The position numbers and the translations under genes were made by a program. Source: Fimicolochytrium jonesii (Eukaryota). Taken from it: a stretch of 64,000 bases of DNA. The notes below the pieces were generated by a model. It was not told where the DNA came from. It searched no databases and saw nothing but the letters and a program-made list of their open reading frames with translations. This document shows, one piece after another, positions 10,029 through 21,593 of the stretch (positions are counted from its first letter, which is position 1; every line of letters starts with the position of its first letter). The stretch is from contig NW_026515689.1 of the NCBI RefSeq assembly GCF_025526975.1, positions 1 to 64,000 of the forward strand, in the 5' to 3' direction.

Positions 10029-13000
10029 ATGCCATCACACCAGGCGCTCCAGGGGCACCTGTGGTGTGGCATCTTTACTGGAGCAACCACACCACGGCGG
10101 AAGAGGAGGAAGGTTGCTCCGGCTACCCCGCGATTGCCCATACGTCTGCCAGCCACACCATTGCAACCCCCGCAATTTGAGCTCCCACCTTCTGTCCAAC
10201 GCCACTTGCCCCAAGCAATTGCAGACATGGTTAACGAGAGTTCCGGCAATGAAGACGGGCAGCAGCACCAGCAGCGAGGGCTTTCACCAGTGGACAGGGG
10301 TCTGCAGCGTCCGTTGAACCTCCCCGCTCCCATCCCTTTCCTATTTCCCAGCACACCGGGTGGATCCCTGGTGCTTGAACCCCCGCCACCACCATCCGCT
10401 CAACGACCCCGGCAGACACATGCAAGCATCAAGGTTTCGCTTCACCGAATCCATAATCAAAATCAAGTTCAAAGGGAGCGCCTGACAACATTCATCGGCA
10501 ACGTTCACATCCTTGCGCGCCACACCACCTTCTTTCTCAAGTACTACTACCTTGGTGAGTTTTTGAGGTACACTACACTGTATATTTCCCATGAAACAAT
10601 GCCCTGACTACTATGTCTGCCCACCACAGCTGATCATCCTCTACACGACTTCCCGGACATCACTGACAAGCACATCAGTGTGATGTTTGAGCTGCTCAAC
10701 AATCCACGCTACAACGGCAATCCGGTCATCGCGCAAGAGTTGCGTCCATGGGATCAAGACTACTGTAATGTTCACGGATTCGCCCCTATCCGCATGCAAC
10801 ATTGCCAACAGACCACAGCGTACACAGCTTCGAGCATCTTCACAAACCTCAAAGTCAACGTACAAGAGCATTTCATTCAAATGCTTCTGCGCTATGTCAA
10901 TGAAAGGCTTGGTTTGAAGCAAGTCGTACTGCATCTCCGTAGAGCTTGAGTCAACCGAGCGCAGCGGCGACACTATCATCGGCGTGCCCGTCAGTTTACA
11001 AAGTATGCAACATTTGAAGAGTTTCCAACCGAAGAAGAGCTTGCGCGCCGCACACGACTTGAGCGGACCGTCCTTGACAAGTTATGGGCTCTGTTTCCTC
11101 CCCAGGATGAGCCGCTTGCGTACAGCCTTGGGGTGGACGCAATGCCATATTTAGGTGAGTTAGTATATTCCCCCCCCCCCCCCCCCGCGGTGCCCTCTTT
11201 TGTCTAATCATGGTCCGCACCTGCCGCATCACAGGTGCCTATTGTGAGCTCTCACGCCTCTATGAGCGCCGTGGAATGCGGCTGTTTTCCGCTATCCCGC
11301 TGCGCAAATCTTGAATCCAGTCATCTGTTCGCATTGACACGCTGATCCTAGCCACCCATATCCTGGGCTTGAGCCGACGTCGCATGGGGAAATTCACCGA
11401 TCAACGCAAGCAGGAGCTGTGGGGGTAGTTTCTCAACGTGAATGTAAGTCTCTGTTGGAGGTTTCATACTCCCGAGTCCTTAGTTAGGGTTCCCGTAGCT
11501 TAGTCCCCGGTTAGGGTTCTAGTAGTTCATTTCCCCTTGTGACTCACCTCCCGCTTACGCCACGCTTACGCGTACGGGAGTTCACTCTTTTCTTCCCCTG
11601 CGGACCTCACGTCCGCTTGTAACTCCAGACTTCTCTGTATTACTTCATACATAACAAGAGCCCAGTCTCACCATTACATAGAGTTCGCTCAGTCATCTGC
11701 TTCCTCTGCCGACTACTGCTAAGTGTCTCTATCCTTCTGCGCTTATTTCAATCACCTCGCTGAATGACGCATTGCAGGACAAGGTCTTCAAGCATCGAAA
11801 GAAGCTTGGTCTTAAATTTGATGGATCAATCAGCACAAACAGGTATTCCGCTACCATCCACTTCAAGAAGCCAGGGCTCAAGTATGGGCATCGGGCCCGG
11901 AAGCGCAGCAAGGCCCAAATGCGGGAAGAAGTCAAGCAGCTGTATTTTGAGCACCACATCACCGAACTACGGGAGGCTCCAAACATCGTCAGCATTGATC
12001 CGGGCAAGCGTGACCTCTTGTTCTGTCGAGACATCAAGAAGGAGCGGCCATTTAGGTACGTTTCAGTTGATTACTACTGCCCTGCTGTCCCCGCTGTCCC
12101 TCCCCACTGGCCCCGCTGTCCCAGCTGTCGCCGCTGTCGCCGCTGTTGGTTACGCCATCAACTTTATGCTATCAACTTCCGCCATCGCTGATCTCAACGC
12201 TTCCTGTGCTGAGCACAACCGCCGCTTGCGGGAGGTTGACCGGCATGGGATGTGTTGTCGCTTCGCCGTCGTAGTCGTGAAGAGCGAATCGCGAGCCCGG
12301 GTCCTACTCCAAGCTGGACTCAAGCGATCGCGGAAGTTGGCAGAACGTTCAATGAGTCCAGAATGCGGAGCAATGCATGACGACTGCGACTGCGACGGCG
12401 ACTGAATTCGATCTGCAGTACCTCCGCTATCCCCGCTGTCTCCGCTATCGCCGCTATCCCCGCTGTCCCCGCTCCGCTATCCCCGCTGTCGCCGCTGTCC
12501 CCGCTCCGCTATCCCCGCTGTCGCCGCTGTCCCCGCTCCGCTATCCCCGCTGTCGCCGCTGTCCCCGCTATCCCGATCAACGCCCTCCTCAACCCTGTCC
12601 CCGTCCCCATCCCCACCATCCCCCCCGTCACCATCCCCACCATCCCCTTTGTTCGACATTCCGTTGCCGCGTTCTCACAATGCACCACCCCATACCAGAT
12701 ACACATCCAATCAACGGGCAGTCGAGACAAAGTCTCGGTACTTTCAAAGAGACATGACAAAGCGAAAGATCAATGCCGGCATCGCTGAGATGGAATCACA
12801 TATTCCGTTGCACAAGAGCATGAACATCGAGGCGTTCTCAGCGTTCATTGTGGATCACGTACATGCGGGTATGATGTATCATGCATTGTCTTCAAATTTG
12901 GTAACACGTGGGCTGACGTCTATATCCCAGATCCCGCCCTGGATGAGTTTTACCAGGATGAGATTCACGTCGCTTGCAGATTCAAGGCGTTCTCACTGCG

Positions 13001-13548
13001 GCAAAAGTCTGAGAGCAAGCTCATCAAAAACATGCGACGCCTGTATGGAAAGCATTTTTCGGTCATCTTGGGTGATTGGAGCGACGCTGGAAAAACCATG
13101 CGCTTTCAGGAGTCATCAAAGACCAAAGGGTGAGTGACCATCATTGTTTTTTATGTATCATTATGCTAACTCATCATGGAACAGATTCCGCACACTCTTT
13201 GCGAGAAATGGCATTCCATGCTACTTGCTGGATGAGTATCGAACGTCGTCCGTGTGCCCACACTGCCACGGGCGTGTGAGGAAAAACATCCGACGCCGGC
13301 TGTCACCTCGGCCGTGGCAAGCTCGAAAGGGAAGAATGGAATTCGTCCATGGATTGGTGGGTTGCCCCAACCCCGAATGTATCAACCAAGACTGGACGCC
13401 ATTTGAGATTCCTGGAAGACGACCACTACAACTACGGATGAAAGTGCACAATCGGGACATCCTAAGCACCAAGAATTTCGTCTCGATTGTGCGTTCGGTG
13501 GTGTTTGGCGATGGCCGCAGGCCAGACGCATTCTCCCGTAACCGGTAG
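10029..13548 (+). pseudogene. Fanzor1: Fanzor1 (eukaryotic TnpB-family RNA-guided RuvC nuclease), 7 exons, ~756 codons, 3 in-frame stops
   Basis: Exons 10029-10554, 10630-11154, 11235-11443, 11778-12055, 12699-12868, 12931-13129, 13185-13548 (GT-AG introns; sum 2271 nt, in frame). Motifs: TNLKVNVQEHFIQMLLRYVN, FSAIPLRKS..SVRIDT, FDGSIST, RuvC-I VSIDPGKRDL, FRYTSNQRAVET, VILGDWS, RuvC-II LDEYRTSSVCPHC, VHGLVGCPNPEC, RuvC-III HNRD. Stops at 10947, 11312, 11426. Confidence 0.9.
12080..12575 (+). repeat. GC-rich CGCT(A/G)TC(C/G)C short-unit arrays inside Fanzor intron 4
   Basis: Arrays of cgctgtccc/cgctatccc at 12080-12146 and 12423-12575. Confidence 0.85.
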
Positions 13549-13648
13549 TCTAGAATTTTCACCCCATTCCATTTTCCGTGGTGGTTATCTGCCATCCACA
13601 TCATTGTACCTCTGCCTGAGGCGTCGCCGATGATGGCAACTTGTACTC
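13549..13648 (+). ncRNA. Candidate Fanzor omegaRNA scaffold (guide would be the flank from 13649)
   Basis: Lies between the Fanzor stop and the putative element end; stems GTGGTGG/CCATCCAC, ATCATTG/CGATGAT and inner CCTC/GAGG. Position inferred from known TnpB/Fanzor architecture. Confidence 0.4.
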
Positions 13649-13958
13649 TACATGGAGCCTTGTCGATAGACACCTCGACAGGTACTATGGACATACAACA
13701 CAGGCATATACCACAAACCTTTTTACCACCAGCAACCCAGGCCCGAAATTCATCCTGATTGGCAAAGAGGAAGACAATAATGCTAGCAGTGAGTTCACCA
13801 GCGGAAAAAGTATACTCGTTATCTTTTGAATATCGAAATTGATGGCTTTGAAGGGCAGACTCTTGGTCTGACTTGTTTCGTTGCAAAGCTGACGATTTTC
13901 GAAGCTCCATTTACCCTCTGACTCTTCAGAGGTTTGAAATAATTTGAACTGATCACTT

Positions 13959-14866
13959 TCAAACAGCAGTGTTGCATCCCGTAACCGATTTCGGTTTGCC
14001 CGTTTCATCGTGGATTTGCAGGATTAGCTGTGTCGGGCTTGACGCTGAACGGCAAGCGTCATCTTTGAACTTCCCATATGCGGTCAAATCGTCTTCGCTC
14101 CAGCCAGACTGGCCGAGCGTTAACCGATCAGAGAGTTCAACGATGTTGCTACAGAGAGAATTTTCGTCGATCATACCGGCGTCTGAGCCGTCGCTCGGAT
14201 AGAGGTTAAAATCTTGCATGTTCATGGTGTAAGTGCAAGTGGTGAAAAACTGCACCGTGGTCACCTGGCTGGATTGGCCCGGGTCGAGCGTCCAGGTGTA
14301 CGTGATGGTACTCTCGTTGGTGGTGCTGCTGGTCCATTCCTCGGATTTTTCGGCGTTGACGCTGCAACTGAAGAGCCCACCTTCTACTGAACTTCCTGCA
14401 CTGATGCTGAGTTTCGAACCGACCTTGGTCTCCTCAGTATTGCTGACCCGTGTCTGTACTTGGTATGTGCACTGGGTAAGGCTGCAGTAGAGACCTCCCT
14501 GCGGGTCGGTGTACGTGACGTTGGCCGTGATGGCGGAGCAAGCCGAGAACGTGAAGTTGTACGTCAGGCGGATGTCCATTTGTAAAAAGCTCCTGGGTAC
14601 ACATACACCCACGTATCTGAATGATAGTCGGCGGGCTGGGCAAATAGAGAGGCACGGCTGGTTGCGTAGTCCACCACGGACTGGTTGAGGGGGGCAGTAC
14701 TGCCGAGCCCCTGACGAGCGACTAAGACCTGACCCGCTGAGTGTTTTGAGGTCGATGCACTTGGGAAACGCACACGAGTGGACGGGTTTTCGGCCGGAAA
14801 GGGAATTGCAGCGACGAGACGAGGGATGGTGAAGAGACACGCGATGAGGGCGAGAATGCGGTACAT
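13959..14866 (-). CDS. Secreted protein with aerolysin/ETX-MTX2-like beta-strand region, apparent frameshift near 14568
   Basis: Signal peptide MYRILALIACLFTIPRLVAA; the downstream frame has a Ser/Thr-rich alternating strand pattern (VSNTEETKVGSKLSISAG...SVNAEKSEEWTSSTTNESTITYTWTL). Confidence 0.5.
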
Positions 14867-15509
14867 ATTCGTGGCGACAGTGGGAGGAGATGATAATAGT
14901 CGAGATATGAAGAACGTTGGAGGCTAATGTCGTTGGTTTTGGTTCGAAGAATGAAGCCCTTTCGGAGCTTTCGGCTGCGTGAAGGTTCCAACGATGATCT
15001 GGTAGCCGAGAAGGACCATCATGTGGAAGAATGCCGATGAAGAAGGTGAAACCACCACAACGCACAAACCTCCGTACGGCTAATCCGCTGCCTCTGGACT
15101 GGTTGGCCACTGGGGTCCCAGGTCAACCTTATGAGCGATCCTCAGACGGTACATGCGGCGGTGGCCCTCGTCGCGCTGAGTGCAGTGCCAGCGGGAAGGG
15201 TTTTTGTGGGACCCTGACTGTATTTAGCGGACCCTTTGGAAGCTTTGGACTCCTTGGACCCTGGGGCCTAGCCTGGACGTGACAAAAGGTAGAAAGCGCA
15301 CCGGGCTGACCACGGCACGTCGTTCAATCCAATCCCACAGCGACCCATCGCGACGACCGCCCCCCTGCGGTACCCTCTTTGTTTGGAAAAGGAAAAGCTG
15401 CAGCAACGACAGCAGCGACAACGGTAGGCACCAAGCGCAGCAGCTGCAGCTCCTGCATCGCAACCCCTAGCGTCTGTATTGCACGTCTCTACACTACCAC
15501 CGTCAGTCC

Positions 15510-18327
15510 ATGACTGCACACAACGTCAGTGGAAAACCAGAAGCGCAGATGTCCGACGACGGCGACAACTATGAAGGTCGGGAGCATAGTCATAGTGTTT
15601 CTGGCTATGACAGTGAATCCAACCGCTCTGTGGACGAAAAACCAAGGTTCCCTCAGGTCTAGGCATATTTGTACTGGTGCCATAACCATATATGCGGCTA
15701 CTGACACCATGCACTTCAGTCAAATTTTTTCACCGCTGAAGACTTCCAAAAACTTTACGAGGACGGCAAATTCACAAACATGTCCTTGGTGGCGGCATTC
15801 GAGTTGTTGGTCAACCAACCGGCGACAGACCCGAAGGCACTTTATACTGTGGAAGCCGAGAGTCATACGCGGGCTTTCAATGATGCGCTGTCCTATCTGT
15901 ACCATTGCTATAAGGCGGCCGGAGATAGAGACAGGAAGAGAAGTGTTTTAGCTCTGAAACAGAGATGGGTGAGTTCGCATGTGGTTTCTGTACTTTCCTT
16001 AGTATGTAAAACTCGTCAGGGTGAAACCCCCAATGGTCCTTCGGACTCGTATTCGTACATCGGCGGGGGGGAGTACGTGTTCGGCCTAGTAGTCGTCTCA
16101 GAGCTCACCCTGGCGAGGCTCCCAAGGCACATTGCATGGAACCCTCAATGGTCTTTCGGACTCGTATTCGTACATCGGCGAGGGGGAGTACGTGTTCGGC
16201 CTCGTAGTCGTCTCAGAGACCATGCATATCGTCGCCTGGGGGACATACGGAACGGCAAGATGAAGGATATACCCTCACATTTAATTTAGTTGGGCGCCTT
16301 TGACACGTTCTACGAATGGTACAAAGAAGGTCAGCAGGAAGCCCTAGTGGGGGCGCGCTTTGCCAACATCGCGGCAAAGGTGAGATCATCACATTGCGAA
16401 AAGTCCCACTGCTGAACCGGTAATTAAACTTTGTTATTCCACAGAGTTATGCCAACAAGCGTCGAAGGCTGGAAAAATTCCAGACAGGCCTAACAGAGCT
16501 ACCAGCAGCAAAGCGTCACAGCAATGCTTCCTCCGTGTCGCCGCAGACGGATGCCAGCGATTTCAATGCACCTGCCCTGCAATCATGTGAGCCTGAACCG
16601 CTGCCGACTCCAATGCCGACGAGCTCCCAGGGTGCGATAGGTAGAGAATGTTTTCGCCTCTGATAGTCATGAAATGTATCTGATGTCGTTCCATCATAAT
16701 GCAGGACCCGCAGTGCCAATGGCCATCCTGCCCACTGAAGACGTTTTGGGAGACGCTGGTATATTTGAGACGGCACAAATATTTTCTTGGCTCTGTCTAA
16801 TTTCTCGAGCAAACTACGTTGGCAGATTGGCTTACCAGATACAATATTGTGTCTGATGTCTCGATTCTGAATTTCGGTGGACTCTTTCAGCAATATGGCG
16901 ACAAATTTGACAAATATGAGGCTGTCTGTATCTCATGACAGCGAACTTATATCGCAATTTCAGCTGACCGCTGCCTGTCGTTCTTTAGGAAGAGGCCAAA
17001 GTGCGCAAAGGACTCGTGAAAGCTTTCGAACGTACAAAATTTGCTGATCACTTAGCAACCATATACCCGCCTGGCAGCGGACTGTCTCCAGATGCGGAAA
17101 CTGACGAATACACTATCATCACCCACGACGTTGACGAAAGAGCGACGCCAGATCCCAAGGTTGTCGATGAGAGGCTCCAAAAATTAAGCGCTGCGACTGG
17201 GGACATTGCGTCCAGATGCATCCACGATATGATATATCGAATGTGAGACTTCTGGATCTTTATGAATTTTGCAATCCAAACTCAAGTCTTGATACGCCAG
17301 CAAAGGCATATTCCTCGATCGCTTCTATTGGAATTTGCTGCTCGATCCATCAACATCTGAATTCGAATACCGCTCTTGCTTGCTAGATCATATTTTCAAT
17401 GCGGCATTTGCTGGGGAGCGGTTGCTCAAGTATCGCATGTAAGTGAAAAGACCTGCTTTGCGGTTTCGATCGAATGTGTTCTTAACAGAATGGCTTTCAA
17501 TTTCCAGCGAGAGGGAGAACCAAACATTAGCTTCTGCAAGGGCTATACAGAATGGCCATGAGACAGCGACTGGGGTACGCCATGACGGTTCTCTGCTGAT
17601 TTTGTTACCACACTACGAAATTCTGGCCGCCGTGATTGAAGTGGTCGGTGGACCCGCCACTAATGACGGAGCCAAAAAACGTGACGATGCCCGCAAGATC
17701 TTGAAAGGTGAGCACAGGCAAAGCCCTGACTTACCCACGTGGACGGTTTCTCATCCTCCGATAGCTATGGCTCTAGAGCTTCATGTCATGGAAAAGGTTT
17801 TAACGGAACCATCTAAGGCAAACAAACTGATGGTGACAGGTGTTTTGATATACCGTGAGTATCGCGGCGCTTGCCTTCGAGACGAACCTCGACGCATTCC
17901 TCTCACATTTCTGTTCATGGCAGAGACCCACTATTACATTTGGGTGGGCAGATTTGTGGAAGACAAGATTGTTATTCGAGAAGTGCAAAATGGTCAGTTC
18001 CCCAGTACAGCGGATGACTGGCATGGATGGGAGAAAGTCATTACTGACGTCGTCGAGCTACGGGTAAGTTCAGATCACGAACTGAGCCATGCCCATGATT
18101 TTACCACCGCTTCCACAACTCAATCGGAATACAGCTACGTGCGTTATTTCTTTCAGGGGTACTGCAACTAGCACATACCACGAAATCGGTTCCAACTTTC
18201 AAGAAACGTCCGGTCGTTTTGGAAGTACCCATCACTCCATGGAAACGATCTTCTCGGGGTTCGTCAATAGGAAAGAAATCGAGGTCTAGCTCAATATCAT
18301 CCCGTGGATACGACGATTGTAGATGAT
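15510..18327 (+). CDS. Multi-exon hypothetical protein with C-terminal PD-(D/E)xK/REase-like motif
   Basis: ATG at 15510 splices in frame into ORF 15780; several GT-AG introns; the C-terminal exon has RHDGSL...EILAAVIEVVGGP...KKRDDARKILK. Internal exon structure and end are approximate. Confidence 0.5.
16025..16218 (+). repeat. ~79-bp direct duplication (16025-16103, 16140-16218)
   Basis: CAATGGTC.TTCGGACTCGTATTCGTACATCGGCG.GGGGGAGTACGTGTTCGGCCT.GTAGTCGTCTCAGAG occurs twice. Confidence 0.9.
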
Positions 18328-18876
18328 TATACTACGGGCATAGGTTCGAAGGGATGGGATGGGATGGAATGGCACTGGGTTGCACACACTCTTTTCTGCA
18401 TGTGTAGATATTCTTTCTATTGGTTGGCTGATTGTAAATAAAAATGTTGGGTATTCCCCCCGTATTTGGACTCTTTCCCATGCATATTTATCAGGGTATA
18501 ACCCTAAGTTTTGACGCTGTCACCCTTGGAAGTCACAGTCTCAATGTGACCGATCAAGCTTCTCCGTGTTCTTACTGGAACTGGTACAGCGTGCATGCCC
18601 AAACCCTGTTCCGATCCCAACTTGCGATTGCCACCAGCACCTGTGAAATACACTCCTACTCTTCGACTTCAGGATCGAGACAAAAAAAAGGGCAAACATA
18701 GAACTTCACATTGCGAGTTCTAAAAGTGTCTATCTATTAATGTTGATACCCGGCCTGCAGGGTCTCCAGGAAGAAAAAACATATATATCTACAGGTTGGT
18801 TTCTACGAACGACGAAAGAGGGATTGCCAATATACGAGGAAATCTGAGGATCCAGAACCTTGGGAAAACGTCGGCA

Positions 18877-21174
18877 TCAGCCGGGGTAGTTCAAGCTTTG
18901 TTCGTGTGATGGCTTCCCTTTACCAGTATGCCATGTAGTCCGCAGGTCCGGATGGGAAGGTCCTGCTAAGGGTGACCACTGTCGTGAGGAAGAGGTTATC
19001 GGCGGGAACTCGCTGGATAAAGGGATATCCCGATGGTCCTGGTGCGATCTAGAATTAAGGACTTGTGCACCTCGCGGGCCCGCCGCGACTGGTGGTGGTT
19101 GTGGGCTGGAGTACCAAGGTGGCATGGGCATGCCGTTATGCCCGTAGGTAGGATCGACGTTTCGAGCAATGAAGTTGTCTGGGGGAGCCACCGTTGAAGT
19201 GATGGAGGAGGGTTCGGCAGGTTTCCTGCTTGTCTTCACCAGCTGAATATCAACGCCTGGCACTTGCGGTTTCGTAGCGGCACTGCCGTGATAGAAGACG
19301 CTCTCCGTTCTACCATTGTCAACCTTGGGCCCAAAGCTCCCGATAGGGCCCTTTTGCTTGTCGTCGGGTTTCTTGATCGCCTCCCTGAGTGCAGTCCACA
19401 TAGATATATCATTCGTCTCGCCATATTTGTCATCTTCATCCACGACTATTCGATCGCCGTTGATGCCTCGGGGATGGCTTCCGTATGACTTTGGGAGAAT
19501 TTCGGGCCCCGGAATTCCGCGTCGCTTTGCGAGGAATGCCTTCCACACGTCTGTGAAGTGTCTCGTGTTCTCGTACTTGTGTCGGCGATATTTCTGACGG
19601 AGCGGGAGAAGCCAGAGCATGACTCTTTCGACAATAAAGGTGGCGACGGTGAGAAGAGCTCCTGCGGCGACAAGGTTCCGTAAAAGAGCCATCAAGTTGA
19701 ACTTCCCGATGATACCTATATAACAGATCCGTGCAAGTAAATAAATTGAGCGGATGGGGCTTCGTGGCTTCAACGCCCCTACCCATCAAAACCAACATGT
19801 CCAAAGAAACCGCGCCGAAGCCTACCAGTCTGAACCAATTCCAGCCGAATACCATGTCTGTTCAAGCTAAGGTAGTGCCCACCCGCCAGATCAACGCGCT
19901 CCTCAATGATTTTGTACTGTTGCAGTTCAACTTTGGAGGGGCGGTATGTATAAAACAGGTCGTTGGATACGCCGACGTTCTCGTAGTTCATCGCCACGGT
20001 GATTACCATTCCACGGGTGCGGACTGTATCCCCTGGTTTGGCTGTCAGACCCATTGATTTTCCTGTAATCAAAAGCCCAAGGGTTAATCTACGGTCCGAG
20101 GGAAGACGAACAGGAGTCAAGCAATGGAAGGACTCCTGCTCGGCACAAACCCACGAAGCATGTGGATTTGGGATACAATCACGGTAAGCGCTGCACACTT
20201 ACCGTCCAGGTCAACTCCTGCCGCTTGCAACATGGTAGATACAGGAAAAACATCCCCTGGAATACCAGACGCATTGCTGGTACGTTGGTATGTAGAATCG
20301 AACTTGTATATGGGAGTATTCGTCTCCGCGTAGACGATCTCCCCAGTCATCTCTCTATTGTGAGTAGACTTTCGCAAAAGGTCGGAGCGCACAGAGTGCT
20401 CTACCATAATCTGGCAGTGTCCAGGGAAGAACGTTCAGGGAAGGCGAACATGATAGGCGTTCAACCGGTCAGCCGGAATCCCGAAATGGTGCTTACAAAA
20501 CGTGAAGAACATCGAAAACTTACTGTGAATTCCTCAAGATTCGCGATGAAATAGGTCTTGGATGAGATAGGCTTTACTTGGTTGATCGAACAATTTGGAC
20601 TTGTCGCTAAAATGTATGTGCAATTTGCATTGGTTCCGTCGGCGGCAATGGTAACGTCCGGGTATGTCAATATGGTAACGCGGGTGGTCAGAAACATCCC
20701 GCCTACACAAGGAGAAAATGGGGCAGAACTTTAGCGGAACTGGATATTGCCTCCACCTGACACCGGTATTCTGCCCTACCCTGATCAGGGACCGGGAACA
20801 TGATTTGCGCTGGATCCCAGTACAAGCATGAGGTTCCGTCAGCTCCACAGTACGCCGGCGGAGGCTTCTGGCCATAGTCCTCCGGCGGCTCGAGGCTCAT
20901 TCGGATTTCGCCTGCGATCACCGGGCCACTGGCAAGGTACAGCTTGTTCCCGATGATCTGATAGAGAATGTAGGCCGAGATGGCGACGAGGAAGCCATAG
21001 TATAGACCCCCCAGGTACTTGTCCTTGACACGGACTACTTTGAAGGTGTTGTAGCTAGACAACGAGCCGACGGCGAAAGACGAGAGTTAGCCCCACGCAA
21101 TCTGCATAATGGTTCCACCTGGTGTTACCTCTTGCCTACCTGAGCAGCTCGTCCAGCACGTTGCTTCTACCCAT
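18877..21174 (-). CDS. P2X: P2X purinoceptor-like ion channel (multi-exon)
   Basis: MGRSNVLDELLSYNTFKVVRVKDKYLGGLYY (YxTxK motif) then TM1; MFLTTRV; FIANLEEFT; LQAAGVDLD; RTRGMVI; RHGIRLELVQTG..GKFNL then TM2 and a YxxxK motif (KYRRHK). Confidence 0.88.
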
Positions 21175-21593
21175 CGCCTCTTCTTCCTCGCTTTCAGCCG
21201 CTGGTCAGATCAGGCGGGTGCTGAGGCTGGACGTCTTCCCCCTACGACATCCCTTTTAAGACAGCTGCGAGCGATGACAGTTGGATAACATTGAGAAGAC
21301 ATATTCGTTGGCCACGTGGGAGTGGGCGGAGGCTTGTTATTACAGGGCGGTCTACTCTCGCGCCTCACTTTTACCTAACCCTACGTAGTGAGTCCGGTCG
21401 GAGGCTCCTGTCTTCCCCATAGGGCTACAAGTTTTCCATTCCTTCCCGGTCGCAAAACTTCGCGGCGAACGGCCCGTTTTATCTAGGAACAACAATTGGA
21501 TGTTAAGCTACGATTCTACGTGGAGACGCGACTTATACTTGTTGTACACACTGCGCTCTCGGCGCTCTAGCTGCGCTTTCAACACGTTTCCTC

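Larger units (their letters stand above)
2967..13648 (+). mobile_element. Putative non-autonomous Fanzor-carrying DNA transposon, interrupted by an LTR retrotransposon
   Basis: Left end GAGTACAGGTGGC (2967) vs reverse complement of right end GAGTACAAGTTGC (ends 13648, 100 nt after the Fanzor stop): 11/13 match. Sequence blocks at 3243-3288, 4226-4341 and 4404-4449 recur inside Fanzor intron 4 (12205-12337), linking both sides of the LTR insertion. No transposase ORF and no TSD seen. Confidence 0.45.

Noticed and set aside
16025..16218. Tandem hammerhead ribozymes (GAGTCCGAAGGAC stem on minus)
   Set aside because: The CUGANGA and GAAA core nucleotides are not correctly placed
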